Shown here piece after piece: positions 1 to 12,800 of a stretch of DNA of 64,000 nt. A program made the translations under genes and the position numbers. Origin of the DNA: Scenedesmus sp. PABB004 (Eukaryota); contig JABVCE010000032.1 in assembly GCA_014905635.1 (NCBI GenBank), forward strand, positions 1-64,000. The letters are read 5' to 3'. Position 1 is the stretch's first letter. The number at the start of each line of letters is the position of its first letter. The notes under the pieces were generated by a model. It had not been told where the DNA came from. It did not search any database and worked only from the letters and a program-made list of their open reading frames with translations.

Positions 1-3000
1 TGCAGCTGGTGGCATTGGCGTTGGGGTCGGCCTTGCAAGGATTGCCGGCACAGCCGTCCGTGTCTGCGCAGGCGCAGCAGGCGGCCGAGCAAGTTGGGCG
101 CGCGCGCGAGGGTTGGTTAGACGCTGGCACGCTGAAGGCGTGACGGCGTTGTCCACGCTGCGGCATGGCCATGCTTTACCTGTGCAGCCGAGCGCGCACT
201 CCATGTGTACCCGGTTGCAGCCGCAGGTGTGGCCCGCATTGGGCAGGTCAGAGCAGACAGCCGTTGGAGTTGGTGACGTGTGGCGCAGGGGCTTGAAGCA
301 CCAGCAGTCACTCGTCGCTAGATTTCATGGCGCGGGGAACGGGGTGGGTGGGGGCAGGATTGACGTGCATGCGGTCGTCTGCGGCCGCGCGCGCACAACA
401 CCCACCCGTGCACTTCGTTGTAGCGGCATCCCATCCAAAGCCGTTGGCGCAGTCGCACATGTAGCCGCTGCCAGGCGCAGCGACGTCGTGGCAGGTGCCG
501 TTGGAGTTGGCCACGTTGGCACAGGGGTTGCCGCCGCCCGCGGGGGCGCAATCATCCTTCTCTGCGGGGCAGCGCAAGCGCCCAGGTCGGCAGCATGAGC
601 TCCGACCTTGGATTGCCAGCGCCGTCGAGCGGAGCCCGCTGGGGCACGCGCTCACCGATGCACTTGCGCTGCGCCGCGCTCCATGTCAGGCCGCGTGTGC
701 AGCCACAGCTGAAGCCGCCGCCCGCGGTGTTGGAGCACGCGCCGTCCGACCCCACGACAGCGGCGCAGGGGTTGTTGACTGGGTCGCACGTGTTGTTGTT
801 CGCTGCGGCGGCGAGCAGGCGCAGGGCGGCAGTGTCGGCAGAAGATGGCGCACAAGGGGCACAGAGGCACACAGACGCACACCCCGTCACTCACCCGGGC
901 TCGGGCTCGGGCTGGGCCTGGGGACAGGGCTCGGGCTCGAGGGGCTCGGGCTCGAGGGGCTTGGGCTCGGGCTGGGCTTCTGTGCCGGGGTGGTGCACGT
1001 GGACGTGGCCGGGTTGCAGAAGAAGCTCGCGCAGTCGCCATCCGACTTGCACGACTTGTTATCGCCGCAGAGGGCGCACGAGCTGCCGCCGCAGTCCACA
1101 GCGGTCTCATCGCCGTTCTTGACACCGTCGGTGCAGGTCGGCTCCTGCAGTGGGCAGCCGGCACCATGCCAATGGTCGGCGTCAGCTGCTAATCTGAGCG
1201 GTTTCGCCGAGTGAGCGGGAGCAGGCACAATCACGCACCTTTGTCGCGCACACGCCGCTGACGCAATTGGTGGACGCGCAGTCGGTTGCAGCGGTGCACT
1301 TGCTGCCGGCCGGGCATGCAGGGCAGGTGCCACCGCAGGTGGTGTTCGAGCAGGACGGTGCCTGCGCGTTTCAGGCAGGTGGCGGCAGCGCAGCGAGGGG
1401 TTGCGTATTGCTGGGTGTTGCGCGCGACACATGGCGCCGCGCGCTGCGCATGCTCACCACCGTCGAGCACACGCTGTTCACACAGTTGCCAGACGAGCAG
1501 TCGCCGTCGAGTGCGCACGGCTGCTGGAGCGGGCAGGGGCGGCAGCTGACGCCGCCGCAGTCGGTGCCTGCGGTCAGGCAGCGGCCAAGCGTGAGGCCAG
1601 GCCGGCTGTCAGGGTGCACCACAAGGCGGTGCGCAAGGCTGCTGAGGGGGCGCCGACCGCCCCGCACCCGTCTCGTCCTGGTTCTTGATGCCGTCGGAGC
1701 ACGTGGGCCAGGCCCCGCTGCACGTGCCCTGCACACAGTTGCCTGTATCACAATCAGTTGGCACCAGGCATGTGGTGCCAATGGAGCAGGCGGGGCAGGC
1801 GCTGCCACCGCAGTCTACGCCCGTCTCCAGACCGTTCTTGATGCCGTCGGAGCAAGTTGGGTGCTGCAGGGTGTCAGCAATGAGGCAGGTGTGAGACGCC
1901 GGGAGCAAGAGGGTCGAGAGGCAGCTCGCTGCATCCGCCCTCGCGCGTGCGCGCACCGGTTCGCCGCAGGAGCCTCCCTTGCAGTAGTCAGAGCCGCAAT
2001 CGGAGTCTATCTTGCAGGCGGCGTGGATGGTGAGGCACGGGAGGCACGAGCTGCCACCGCAGTCCACGTCAGTCTCGTCACCGTTCTTGATGCCGTCAAA
2101 GCAGGTCGGCTCCTGTGTCTTGCACACACCGTTGATGCAGTTGGCGGACGTGCAGTCATACGCAGTTGAACACTTACCGCCGACTGGGCACGCCGGGCAA
2201 ACGCCGCCGCAGGTGGTGCTAGAGCAGGACGGCGGCTGCGCGTTCCGGACAGGCAGCAGCAGCGCAGCGAGGGGGTTGAGCGCTGCTGCACAGAGTGCAG
2301 CGCACACCCGCCGGGGCTGCGCTGCGCGCGCTCACCTGGCGGGCGCAGAAGCTGCCCCTGCACAGCAGGCCAGTGCTGCAGTCCGAGTCAAAGGTGCAGC
2401 GCGTTCCTCTGCGGCACTCGGGGCAGTTGGGCCCGCCGCAGTCGACGTCGGTTTCGTTGCCATTCCAGATGCCTGTGCGGTGCGCCAGCGGGGAGGGGCT
2501 CGGGTCGGGCTGTAACCGCTGGCGAGCGCGCAGCGCTGGTGGTAGCCGCATGCTGCGGCCCAGCACGGGGGGCGTGGTGCGCGCGCACCGTCGTTGCACG
2601 TGGGGACCTGGGCGACGCAGCTGCCCTTGTTGCAGTTGCTGGACGCGCAGTCCGAGGGCCGCTCGCAGCGCTGCCCCGTGCCGCACGGAAGGCAGCTCGA
2701 GCCGCCGCAATCCACACCTGCGAGGGCGCGAGCGTAGCGCAGCACGTCGGCACCCAGAGGCGCGTGCGGCAGAGCCCCCCTCCTCCCCCCTCCTCCCCAC
2801 CGCGGGCGCGGGCCACGGGCCACACCTGTCTCGCCCGGGCTCAGCAGGCCGTCCTGGCAGGATGCAGCCAACACGGCGCAGAAGCCACCCTTGCAAAGAC
2901 CATCTGTGCAGTGTGCAGAGCTGGAGCACCGCTTGCCGGTCGAGCACGTAGGGCAGCTCCCGCCGCAGTCCACGTCTGTGTGCGTGGGTGTGCGTGTGCG

Positions 3001-3907
3001 TGAGGCGGCGGCAGCAGATCAGGCGGCGTCGTGCAGCAGTGCCCGCTGCAGGGCACCCCGGGCGCGCTCGGCGCGGCGCACCTGTCTCGTCGCCGCTCTT
3101 GACGCCGTCCGTGCAGTGGGCCGGGGTCACCTGCGCGCGCGCACACAGCGATGGGTCGGTCCACAGGGCCCAACAAGCCGCCCCCTCGCTCCCCCGCTCG
3201 CGCGCCTCGCTGTGCGTGCGTGCGCGCGCCACTACTCACCACACCGCCGGTGACGCACTGGCCGGCGCTGCACGCGCCCCCGGTGCAGGCCGCGCCGTCA
3301 GCCTGGTTCCTCCAGTAAATCATGCCCGTGTTGGCGTCGCACCCCAGCGGCGCGCGGCACTGCTCGGGCGGGGGCCGCACGCACGCGCGGCACGCCGAGG
3401 TGCCGCCGGGCGACCAGGCGCCCGCCGCGCACTTTGTGCAGGTGGGGCCGGGCGCGTAGCCGTAGCCAGGCACACAGACTGCGGGAGCGCGCGAGTGTGA
3501 GGTGAGGCGAGAGCCCGCGCCTTGGTGCGCTTGCTGCGCGTAGCAGGCCGCGCACCATCACAAGCCTTGGAGTTGTGCCCTACGGTGGTGAAGGGGAACG
3601 GGCAGCGATTGCAGCCTCGCTTGGAAGCAGTGAGCGTGTAGCCTGGGCTTGAGCACAGGCAAATCGGCGGGGAGCCAGGCGTGCACGCGGCGCAGCCCGG
3701 GATGCCGCATCCGTGCAGCGCCGAGCTCGGCGGCAGCTTGACGCCGCACTTGCTCTCCGTCGCAGCCACGGCTGCGGGTACTGCTGCGTGAGCGGCCGTG
3801 GCAGCGGCAAGCATCAGAGCGAGTCCGAGAAGCGCCGCTGAAGCGGGGCGGCGCCCGCGCTGCGGGCAGAGCTGGGTACATAGCGGTGACATGTTGGGAC
3901 GTTTCAT
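1..3907 (-). CDS. Inverted partial copy of the secreted Cys-rich/EGF-repeat gene (5' ~half visible; indels in 1-310)
   Basis: Same signal peptide (MKRPNMSPLC...ALLGLALMLAAATAAHA), DGxKNGDETDVDCGG repeats, SP linker and first EGF modules as the + copy. Exon sequence in 1-310 has several indels relative to the + copy. Confidence 0.8.
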
Positions 3908-3935
3908 GAAAAAACGTTGAGAGAGCGCAAACTGC
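1..3935. repeat. Left arm of ~3.9-kb inverted duplication (pairs with 5902-9824)
   Basis: Reverse complement of 3901-3935 matches 5902-5936. The ORF track gives near-identical peptides on opposite strands (e.g. 887..1432- equals 8407..8952+). Position 1 maps to ~9824. The arm may continue beyond the window start. Confidence 0.97.
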
Positions 3936-4711
3936 TCGACGGGCCCCGCTACGCGATCGGCCGGCCTAACAGTTGTTCTAACATGGTGCGAAGCTCCGGC
4001 TGGTTACTCTGAAGGGTTGTTCAACATACCGACGCGCCCCACGCTCCAGGGCCAGCTGGCTGCCTGGACACGGGCGCTGTGGTACTGGGCGCGAAGCAGC
4101 GACTACAGGCGCATGGTCGCGGTCTCGCGTCTGGGCGGCCTGGCGCACGCCCAATCGCACAGGAGGCAAAAGCCCGATTGGCATGCCACCGCTGGCACGC
4201 CGGGCGCTGATGCCACTGGCACGTCCGCACGTGGCACGCGGGACCGTCAGTGGCACTGGCGCCCAATCCCCGCGCCAGATCACGCCCCAGGTTGTCGGCC
4301 CGACAGCCCCGCCGACGCCTCCAAGCAGTGCCCCCTCATGCTGCCACCGCCCGCTGCGACAGCCGCTTGTCAACGCCAGCAGCCGGGGGCGGCGCTGCCA
4401 GTGGCGCAGCTGCGTGTCGGCGGTTCCGTAACGATCGGAGCTGGCCTGTCATGCCATCCAGCATGGCCACGGGGCCGCGGCCATGCTGCCGCTGCTGCGA
4501 CGCCCGCGCCCCGCCCGGCGGGCCCCGGCGGCTGCTCCGGCAGCCGCGCCCAATGCCACCGGTCCACCTGTGCGCACGCGCAGCCGCTGCTGCGCGGCGG
4601 CGCGGCCGCCGCGAGCCCGGCAGTCGCGGCGGGGCGCAGCCTAGGCGGCCCTCTGACCTCTCACCGCGCCCACCACCTCAGCCGCCGCCTCGCCCGCCCC
4701 TGGTGGTGCAG

Positions 4712-5160
4712 GGCCACGCGGAGGCGGTGGTGCGCGGCCTGGCGCTCGAGAGCCTGGCGGAGCTCGACGGCGTCGTGGGCGTCGGCGGCGACGGGTTGTT
4801 CAGCGAGCTGCTGGCCGGCCTGCTGCAGCACCCGCACCCCGCGCAGGCCCTGCGCCTGCGCCTGGCGCTCATTCCTGGCGGCTCGACCGACGCCGTGGCG
4901 TGCACGTGCGCGCACGCCACGCGCGCGCGCGGTCGGCGGCAGTGCGCCGGGGCCGCCGGTCTGCCGCGCCCGCCCGCCGACCCGCGCCACCGCCGCCCGC
5001 GGCCGATCCACGCCAGGCTGCACGGGACGCGCGACGCCCTGACCGCGACCCTCCACATCGCTCTGGGCGACTCAACGCCCCTGGACGTCGCGCAGGTGGT
5101 GCCCTTGGCCGTTGCGCCGCCGGGCGGCGCGGTCGAGGCCGAGCGCGGCGCGACGGCGAC
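4712..5160 (+). pseudogene. Ceramide/sphingosine kinase (DAGK-catalytic family) fragment, 2 exons
   Basis: LDGVVGVGGDGLFSELLAGL...LRLALIPGGSTDAVACT|LHGTRDALTATLHIALGDSTPLDV contains the GGDG and IPxGSTD motifs typical of ceramide kinase. The rest of the gene is not visible in the ~2-kb spacer. Confidence 0.75.
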
Positions 5161-5262
5161 CCCGCCATGTCACGCGGGGCGCAGCCCACCGCTGCCCTGC
5201 TGCACCGCGTTGGATCACGCTCGGGCTTGGGCGTCGCCGGGGCGGCGCTGCAGCGCCGTTCG

Positions 5263-5640
5263 CTGAGCGCTGGGCCGCGTCGGGGCCGAGCCGCCCGCCC
5301 GGTCACCGCCGCGCTGCGCCAGCAGCCGCGGCGTGCTATATACCCCCGCACCACCGCCGCCTGGGGCACGCGCAGCGCACCAGGGGCAGGCAGCCGGCGG
5401 CCCGCCGCCGCGCGGGGCAGCGCACGGGGTGCAGCGCGTGCTGCCGCGATGTGGCTCGGCCGCCGCCGCGTGCGCGTGGCAGGCGACGGGCAGGGCCTGC
5501 TGCTTGAGTTGTTGCCGCCGGAGCGGCGCTGCTGCTGCCCGCCGCGCTGGCGGCCTGTGCGCGCCGCCAGCGCTGCTGCTGCCCGCCGCTCAGCGCCGCG
5601 CAGCGAGCTGCGATGCGGTGAGCCGGGGCGCGCCCGGCGG
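5263..5640 (+). repeat. Dispersed ~350-400-bp unit 'R' copy 1 (ends in ATG-MWLGRRRVRVAGDxQGLLLE..PERRCCC)
   Basis: Alignable by eye to 15080-15365, 29921-30860 and 38445-39385. Confidence 0.85.
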
Positions 5641-5901
5641 CATGGCGGCGGCGGCGTGCTGTCGCCGGCGTGCGCCCACTGCGCTGGCGCCGGCGCAGTG
5701 CCGTTTGCGGAGGTCGTCGCGCTGCGCTGCCGCAGCTGTTCGTGCCGAGTACCACCACAAAATCATTCCCCCTCTCGCTTTCAGCGCCTCCAAGCGGCCA
5801 ACCGGGCAAGCGCCGGGCGCGCCTTGTTAAGTAACCCTTCCGAAACACTGCCGAAGAGTGAGCTTCGCACCGTGTTTCCGGCCGATCGCGCGACGCCGGG
5901 C

Positions 5902-8900
5902 GCAGTTTGCGCTCTCTCAACGTTTTTTCATGAAACGTCCCAACATGTCACCGCTATGTACCCAGCTCTGCCCGCAGCGCGGGCGCCGCCCCGCTTCAGC
6001 GGCGCTTCTCGGACTCGCTCTGATGCTTGCCGCTGCCACGGCCGCTCACGCAGCAGTACCCGCAGCCGTGGCTGCGACGGAGAGCAAGTGCGGCGTCAAG
6101 CTGCCGCCGAGCTCGGCGCTGCACGGATGCGGCATCCCGGGCTGCGCCGCGTGCACGCCTGGCTCCCCGCCGATTTGCCTGTGCTCAAGCCCAGGCTACA
6201 CGCTCACTGCTTCCAAGCGAGGCTGCAATCGCTGCCCGTTCCCCTTCACCACCGTAGGGCACAACTCCAAGGCTTGTGATGGTGCGCGGCCTGCTACGCG
6301 CAGCAAGCGCACCAAGGCGCGGGCTCTCGCCTCACCTCACACTCGCGCGCTCCCGCAGTCTGTGTGCCTGGCTACGGCTACGCGCCCGGCCCCACCTGCA
6401 CAAAGTGCGCGGCGGGCGCCTGGTCGCCCGGCGGCACCTCGGCATGCCGCGCATGCGTGCGGCCCCCGCCCGAGCAGTGCCGCGCGCCGCTGGGGTGCGA
6501 CGCCAACACGGGCATGATTTACTGGAGGAACCAGGCTGACGGCGCGGCCTGCACCGGGGGCGCGTGCAGCGCCGGCCAGTGCGTCACCGGCGGTGTGGTG
6601 AGCAGTGGCGCGCGCACGCGCACACAGCGGGGCGCGCGAGCGGGGGAGCGAGGGGGCGGCTTGTTGGGCCCTGTGGACCGACCCATCGCTGTGTGCGCGC
6701 GCGCAGGTGACCCCGGCCCACTGCACGGACGGCGTCAAGAGCGGCGACGAGACAGGTGCGCCGCGCCGAGCGCGCCCGGGGTGCCCTGCAGCGGGCACTG
6801 CTGCACGACGCCGCCTGATCTGCTGCCGCCGCCTCACGCACACGCACACCCACGCACACAGACGTGGACTGCGGCGGGAGCTGCCCTACGTGCTCGACCG
6901 GCAAGCGGTGCTCCAGCTCTGCACACTGCACAGATGGTCTTTGCAAGGGTGGCTTCTGCGCCGTGTTGGCTGCATCCTGCCAGGACGGCCTGCTGAGCCC
7001 GGGCGAGACAGGTGTGGCCCGTGGCCCGCGCCCGCGGTGGGGAGGAGGGGGGGAGGAGGGGGGCTCTGCCGCACGCGCCTCTGGGTGCCGACGTGCTGCG
7101 CTACGCTCGCGCCCTCGCAGGTGTGGATTGCGGCGGCTCGAGCTGCCTTCCGTGCGGCACGGGGCAGCGCTGCGAGCGGCCCTCGGACTGCGCGTCCAGC
7201 AACTGCAACAAGGGCAGCTGCGTCGCCCAGGTCCCCACGTGCAACGACGGTGCGCGCGCACCACGCCCCCCGTGCTGGGCCGCAGCATGCGGCTACCACC
7301 AGCGCTGCGCGCTCGCCAGCGGTTACAGCCCGACCCGAGCCCCTCCCCGCTGGCGCACCGCACAGGCATCTGGAATGGCAACGAAACCGACGTCGACTGC
7401 GGCGGGCCCAACTGCCCCGAGTGCCGCAGAGGAACGCGCTGCACCTTTGACTCGGACTGCAGCACTGGCCTGCTGTGCAGGGGCAGCTTCTGCGCCCGCC
7501 AGGTGAGCGCGCGCAGCGCAGCCCCGGCGGGTGTGCGCTGCACTCTGTGCAGCAGCGCTCAACCCCCTCGCTGCGCTGCTGCTGCCTGTCCGGAACGCGC
7601 AGCCGCCGTCCTGCTCTAGCACCACCTGCGGCGGCGTTTGCCCGGCGTGCCCAGTCGGCGGTAAGTGTTCAACTGCGTATGACTGCACGTCCGCCAACTG
7701 CATCAACGGTGTGTGCAAGACACAGGAGCCGACCTGCTTTGACGGCATCAAGAACGGTGACGAGACTGACGTGGACTGCGGTGGCAGCTCGTGCCTCCCG
7801 TGCCTCACCATCCACGCCGCCTGCAAGATAGACTCCGATTGCGGCTCTGACTACTGCAAGGGAGGCTCCTGCGGCGAACCGGTGCGCGCACGCGCGAGGG
7901 CGGATGCAGCGAGCTGCCTCTCGACCCTCTTGCTCCCGGCGTCTCACACCTGCCTCATTGCTGACACCCTGCAGCACCCAACTTGCTCCGACGGCATCAA
8001 GAACGGTCTGGAGACGGGCGTAGACTGCGGTGGCAGCGCCTGCCCCGCCTGCTCCATTGGCACCACATGCCTGGTGCCAACTGATTGTGATACAGGCAAC
8101 TGTGTGCAGGGCACGTGCAGCGGGGCCTGGCCCACGTGCTCCGACGGCATCAAGAACCAGGACGAGACGGGTGCGGGGCGGTCGGCGCCCCCTCAGCAGC
8201 CTTGCGCACCGCCTTGTGGTGCTACCCTGACAGCCGGCCTGGCCTCACGCTTGGCCGCTGCCTGACCGCAGGCACCGACTGCGGCGGCGTCAGCTGCCGC
8301 CCCTGCCCGCTCCAGCAGCCGTGCGCACTCGACGGCGACTGCTCGTCTGGCAACTGTGTGAACAGCGTGTGCTCGACGGTGGTGAGCATGCGCAGCGCGC
8401 GGCGCCATGTGTCGCGCGCAACACCCAGCAATACGCAACCCCTCGCTGCGCTGCCGCCACCTGCCTGAAACGCGCAGGCACCGTCCTGCTCGAACACCAC
8501 CTGCGGTGGCACCTGCCCTGCATGCCCGGCCGGCAGCAAGTGCACCGCTGCAACCGACTGCGCGTCCACCAATTGCGTCAGCGGCGTGTGCGCGACAAAG
8601 GTGCGTGATTGTGCCTGCTCCCGCTCACTCGGCGAAACCGCTCAGATTAGCAGCTGACGCCGACCATTGGCATGGTGCCGGCTGCCCACTGCAGGAGCCG
8701 ACCTGCACCGACGGTGTCAAGAACGGCGATGAGACCGCTGTGGACTGCGGCGGCAGCTCGTGCGCCCTCTGCGGCGATAACAAGTCGTGCAAGTCGGATG
8801 GCGACTGCGCGAGCTTCTTCTGCAACCCGGCCACGTCCACGTGCACCACCCCGGCACAGAAGCCCAGCCCGAGCCCAAGCCCCTCGAGCCCGAGCCCCTC

Positions 8901-9824
8901 GAGCCCGAGCCCTGTCCCCAGGCCCAGCCCGAGCCCGAGCCCGGGTGAGTGACGGGGTGTGCGTCTGTGTGCCTCTGTGCCCCTTGTGCGCCATCTTCTG
9001 CCGACACTGCCGCCCTGCGCCTGCTCGCCGCCGCAGCGAACAACAACACGTGCGACCCAGTCAACAACCCCTGCGCCGCTGTCGTGGGGTCGGACGGCGC
9101 GTGCTCCAACACCGCGGGCGGCGGCTTCAGCTGTGGCTGCACACGCGGCCTGACATGGAGCGCGGCGCAGCGCAAGTGCATCGGTGAGCGCGTGCCCCAG
9201 CGGGCTCCGCTCGACGGCGCTGGCAATCCAAGGTCGGAGCTCATGCTGCCGACCTGGGCGCTTGCGCTGCCCCGCAGAGAAGGATGATTGCGCCCCCGCG
9301 GGCGGCGGCAACCCCTGTGCCAACGTGGCCAACTCCAACGGCACCTGCCACGACGTCGCTGCGCCTGGCAGCGGCTACATGTGCGACTGCGCCAACGGCT
9401 TTGGATGGGATGCCGCTACAACGAAGTGCACGGGTGGGTGTTGTGCGCGCGCGGCCGCAGACGACCGCATGCGCGTCAATCCTGCCCCCACCCACCCCGT
9501 TCCCCGCGCCATGAAATCTAGCGACGAGTGACTGCGTGCTCAAGCCCTGCGCCAACGTCACCAACTCCAACGGCTTCTGCTCTGACCTGCCCAATGCGGG
9601 CCACACCTGCGGCTGCAACCCGGGCTACACGTGGATTGCCAGCGCCGGCGCGTGCAGAGGTAAAGCATGGCCATGCCGCAGCGTGACAACGGGCGTCACG
9701 CCCTGCAGCGTGCCAGCGGCTAACCGACACCCTCGCTCGCCCACCTGCTGCGCCTGCGCAGACACGGACGGCTGTGCTGGCAATCCTTGCAAGGCCGACC
9801 CCAACGCCAATGCCACCAGCTGCA
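5902..9824. repeat. Right arm of inverted duplication
   Basis: Reverse complement of 1-3935, with a few SNPs and small indels. Confidence 0.97.
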
Positions 9825-12800
9825 AGGACGTCCCAGCGCCCGACAGCGGCTACACGTGCATGTGCAATCCCGGCTTTGTTTTCAACGCTATCACACGCAA
9901 GTGCCAAGGTGCGTTGCAGGAGAGCCGGGGCTCGCCTCTGCACGCTGCACGCCGCACGCTGTGCGCCGCCCCCGCTCACCACCCCTCGCCCTTGCTCGCT
10001 GCCAATACACAGACGAGGACGGCTGTGCAAACAAGCCGTGCGCTGGCATCGCGAATGCTAATGGTGTCTGTCACGATGTGCCTGCGCCTGGCACTGGATT
10101 CACCTGCGAGTGCAACCCAGGTGGGTGGTGAGCGGATTGGCTGGGGGGCTGCGAGGTGACCAGTGACGTGTGTGCGTCTGCGGTATTCACGCCGCCGCTC
10201 ACGCACGCGCGCTCCCTCTGGCTGCGCCAACCAGGCTACGGCTGGGCGGCGGCGACCAAGGTGTGCACAGCGACAAACGCATGCGTCACCAACCCATGCC
10301 AGGGCTTGCCGTTCTCGAACGGTGTGTGCTCCAGCCTGCCGGGCATGCAGTACAGCTGCGGGTGCAGCACCGGCTACAGCTGGAGTGCTGCGTTGCGCAC
10401 GTGCATCGACACCAACGGTTGTGCGTCCAACCCTTGTGATGCCGACCCCAACGCCGTCATTGGAAGCTGCACGGACGTGCGCGCCCCAGACACCGGGTAC
10501 ACGTGTCGCTGCAAGCCTGGGTGAGCTCTTGTCTTGTCTGAAATGTGCAAAAACCTCAAAGCATTAACTGCCTTGAACTCCGAGCTGACAGTCTGCGTCA
10601 CGCGGCCGCCCACTTGCAGGTATGAGTTCAACCAGCCAACGAGGCAGTGTGTAGGTGAGTGACCTCATTTCAGTGTTGCGTGTTGTGCTTCCGCGAGCCC
10701 AAAGGGCGTTGCTAAGACTGCCTGCCCGCAGATCCCAACGGCTGCACCAACGCGCCATGCAAGAGTGTGGCCAACTCCAACGGCCGCTGCTCTGATGTGC
10801 TTCCGCCAAACACGGGCTACGTGTGCGGCTGCGACACAGGTTACAGCTGGGACACCGCTGCCCTCAAGTGCAAAGGTGGGTGGGTGTGAACAGCATTGAT
10901 TGTGGTACTGGGAATGTAGCTACTGCGGGAAGTTGCCTCGCTCGTTGGCGGCAGACGCTGAGCGCGATAGGGCTGCCCAGTCCTGAGTATTCCCAAAACA
11001 ATGCTCCCCCATCGCAGACACAAACGGCTGCCTGGGCAACCCATGCTCCAACATGACCAACGCCAGCGGTGCCTGTACGGACGTGCCAGCGCCTGGCAGT
11101 GGGTTTGTGTGTGGCTGCATCAATGGCGCGCAGTGGGTGTCTGGCGCGTGTGTCGGTGAGCAAAACGCTGTTTTGCCGCCGCTGCCTCATGCTGCTGCCA
11201 CGTACATGCTCAACCCCCGCTGTTTTTGCCCGCAGATGTGGACGGGTGCGTCAACAACACTTGTGGTGCTGTTCCTGGAAACAGCAATGGCACGTGCATC
11301 GATGTTCCAGCACCTGGCACAGGCTATACGTGCGCCTGCAGCGCCGGCCTCTCCTATGATGCATCCACCAACAAGTGTATCGGTGGGTGGGGGCTGCGCA
11401 AACAGAGTGGGCTTGAATTCATTAAATGCTGAGCCTCACACCCTTGCTGTCAATCGCAGACACCAACGGCTGCCTGGGCAACCCATGCTCTAATGTGACC
11501 AACGCCAATGGTACGTGCATCGACACTCAGGCTCCTGGAAATGGCTACAGCTGCGCCTGTCGCACAGGGTGAGGGAATGGGAATGCATTTTGCTGCACGA
11601 AATGCTCACGCGCTGCACCAGTCACCACCCCTCACCTTTCTGTCCGTGTCGCTGCAGGTACTCTTGGAGCAAGAGCACCAAGCAGTGCAAAGGTAGGCAG
11701 GGGGCGAGAAGGCCTTGCGCTGGTTGCTCGCTTCCAAGCCTCTCACGTTTTTGGCTCCCCCTCTCTCTCTCCCGCTTTCTCCCTGTCTTGCAGACACAAA
11801 TGGGTGCCGCAATGACCCATGTGGCACCGTCCCACACGCCATGAACGGCTCGTGCGTCGACGTGGCAGCTCCTGGCACCGGCTACACGTGCAAGTGAGTG
11901 CACCGTGCCCGGGGTGTGACCGGGGGGGGGGGGGTGGATGGCGTGCTGCTCTCTCAACCGTTAAAGCCACTAACCAACGCCCAACTCAACAAAACTGATC
12001 AACTTTGCAGGTGCTCATCTGGATATTCTTGGAACACCACATCGTTGGCGTGCCAAGGTTGGTAGCTGGGTTAAATGATTCAACTTTTGTGGCTAACCTG
12101 GTGTTTCAATTGCTTGTTTAGTTTTGTTTGACGCCCATTTTCTCTCCGCCCGCAGACATCAACGGCTGTGTGAACAACACGTGCGCCGCTGTGGCCAACT
12201 CGGACGGCAGCTGCACAGACGTGCCTGCCCCGGGAACCGGGTACGTGTGTGGCTGCACCTCGGGCCGCGCATACGACGCTACAACCAACGCATGCACAGG
12301 TGGGTATGTGCCAGCACGTGAATTCGGCACCGCAGCTTTCTGCTGTGCTGCTGCTGCGCTGCCGGGGGCCCCACCCTGGGTTTGTGGTACTCTGCTCGCA
12401 GACATTGATGGCTGCACGGGCAACCCATGCAACAGCACGCCCAACACGATTATAAATGGTACCTGTGCTGACGTGGCAGCGCCCGGCACCGGCTACACGT
12501 GCCAGTGAGTGTGCCATGCCCGGGGGCCTGACAAGGGGTGCTGCTCTCTCAACCACGAACCAACCACTAACAAACACAACCCATTTTGCAGGTGCTCATC
12601 TGGATACTTTTGGAACACCACATCGTTGGCGTGCCAAGGTTGGTAGCTGGGTTTCAGCATGTTTGTTGTTTCCACGTTCCTGGTGTATCAGCAGTGGGTT
12701 TGACGCCGATTTTCTCTCCGCCCGCAGACGTCAACGGCTGTGTGAACAACACGTGCGCCGCTGTTGCCAACTCGGACGGCAGCTGCACAGACGTGCCTGC

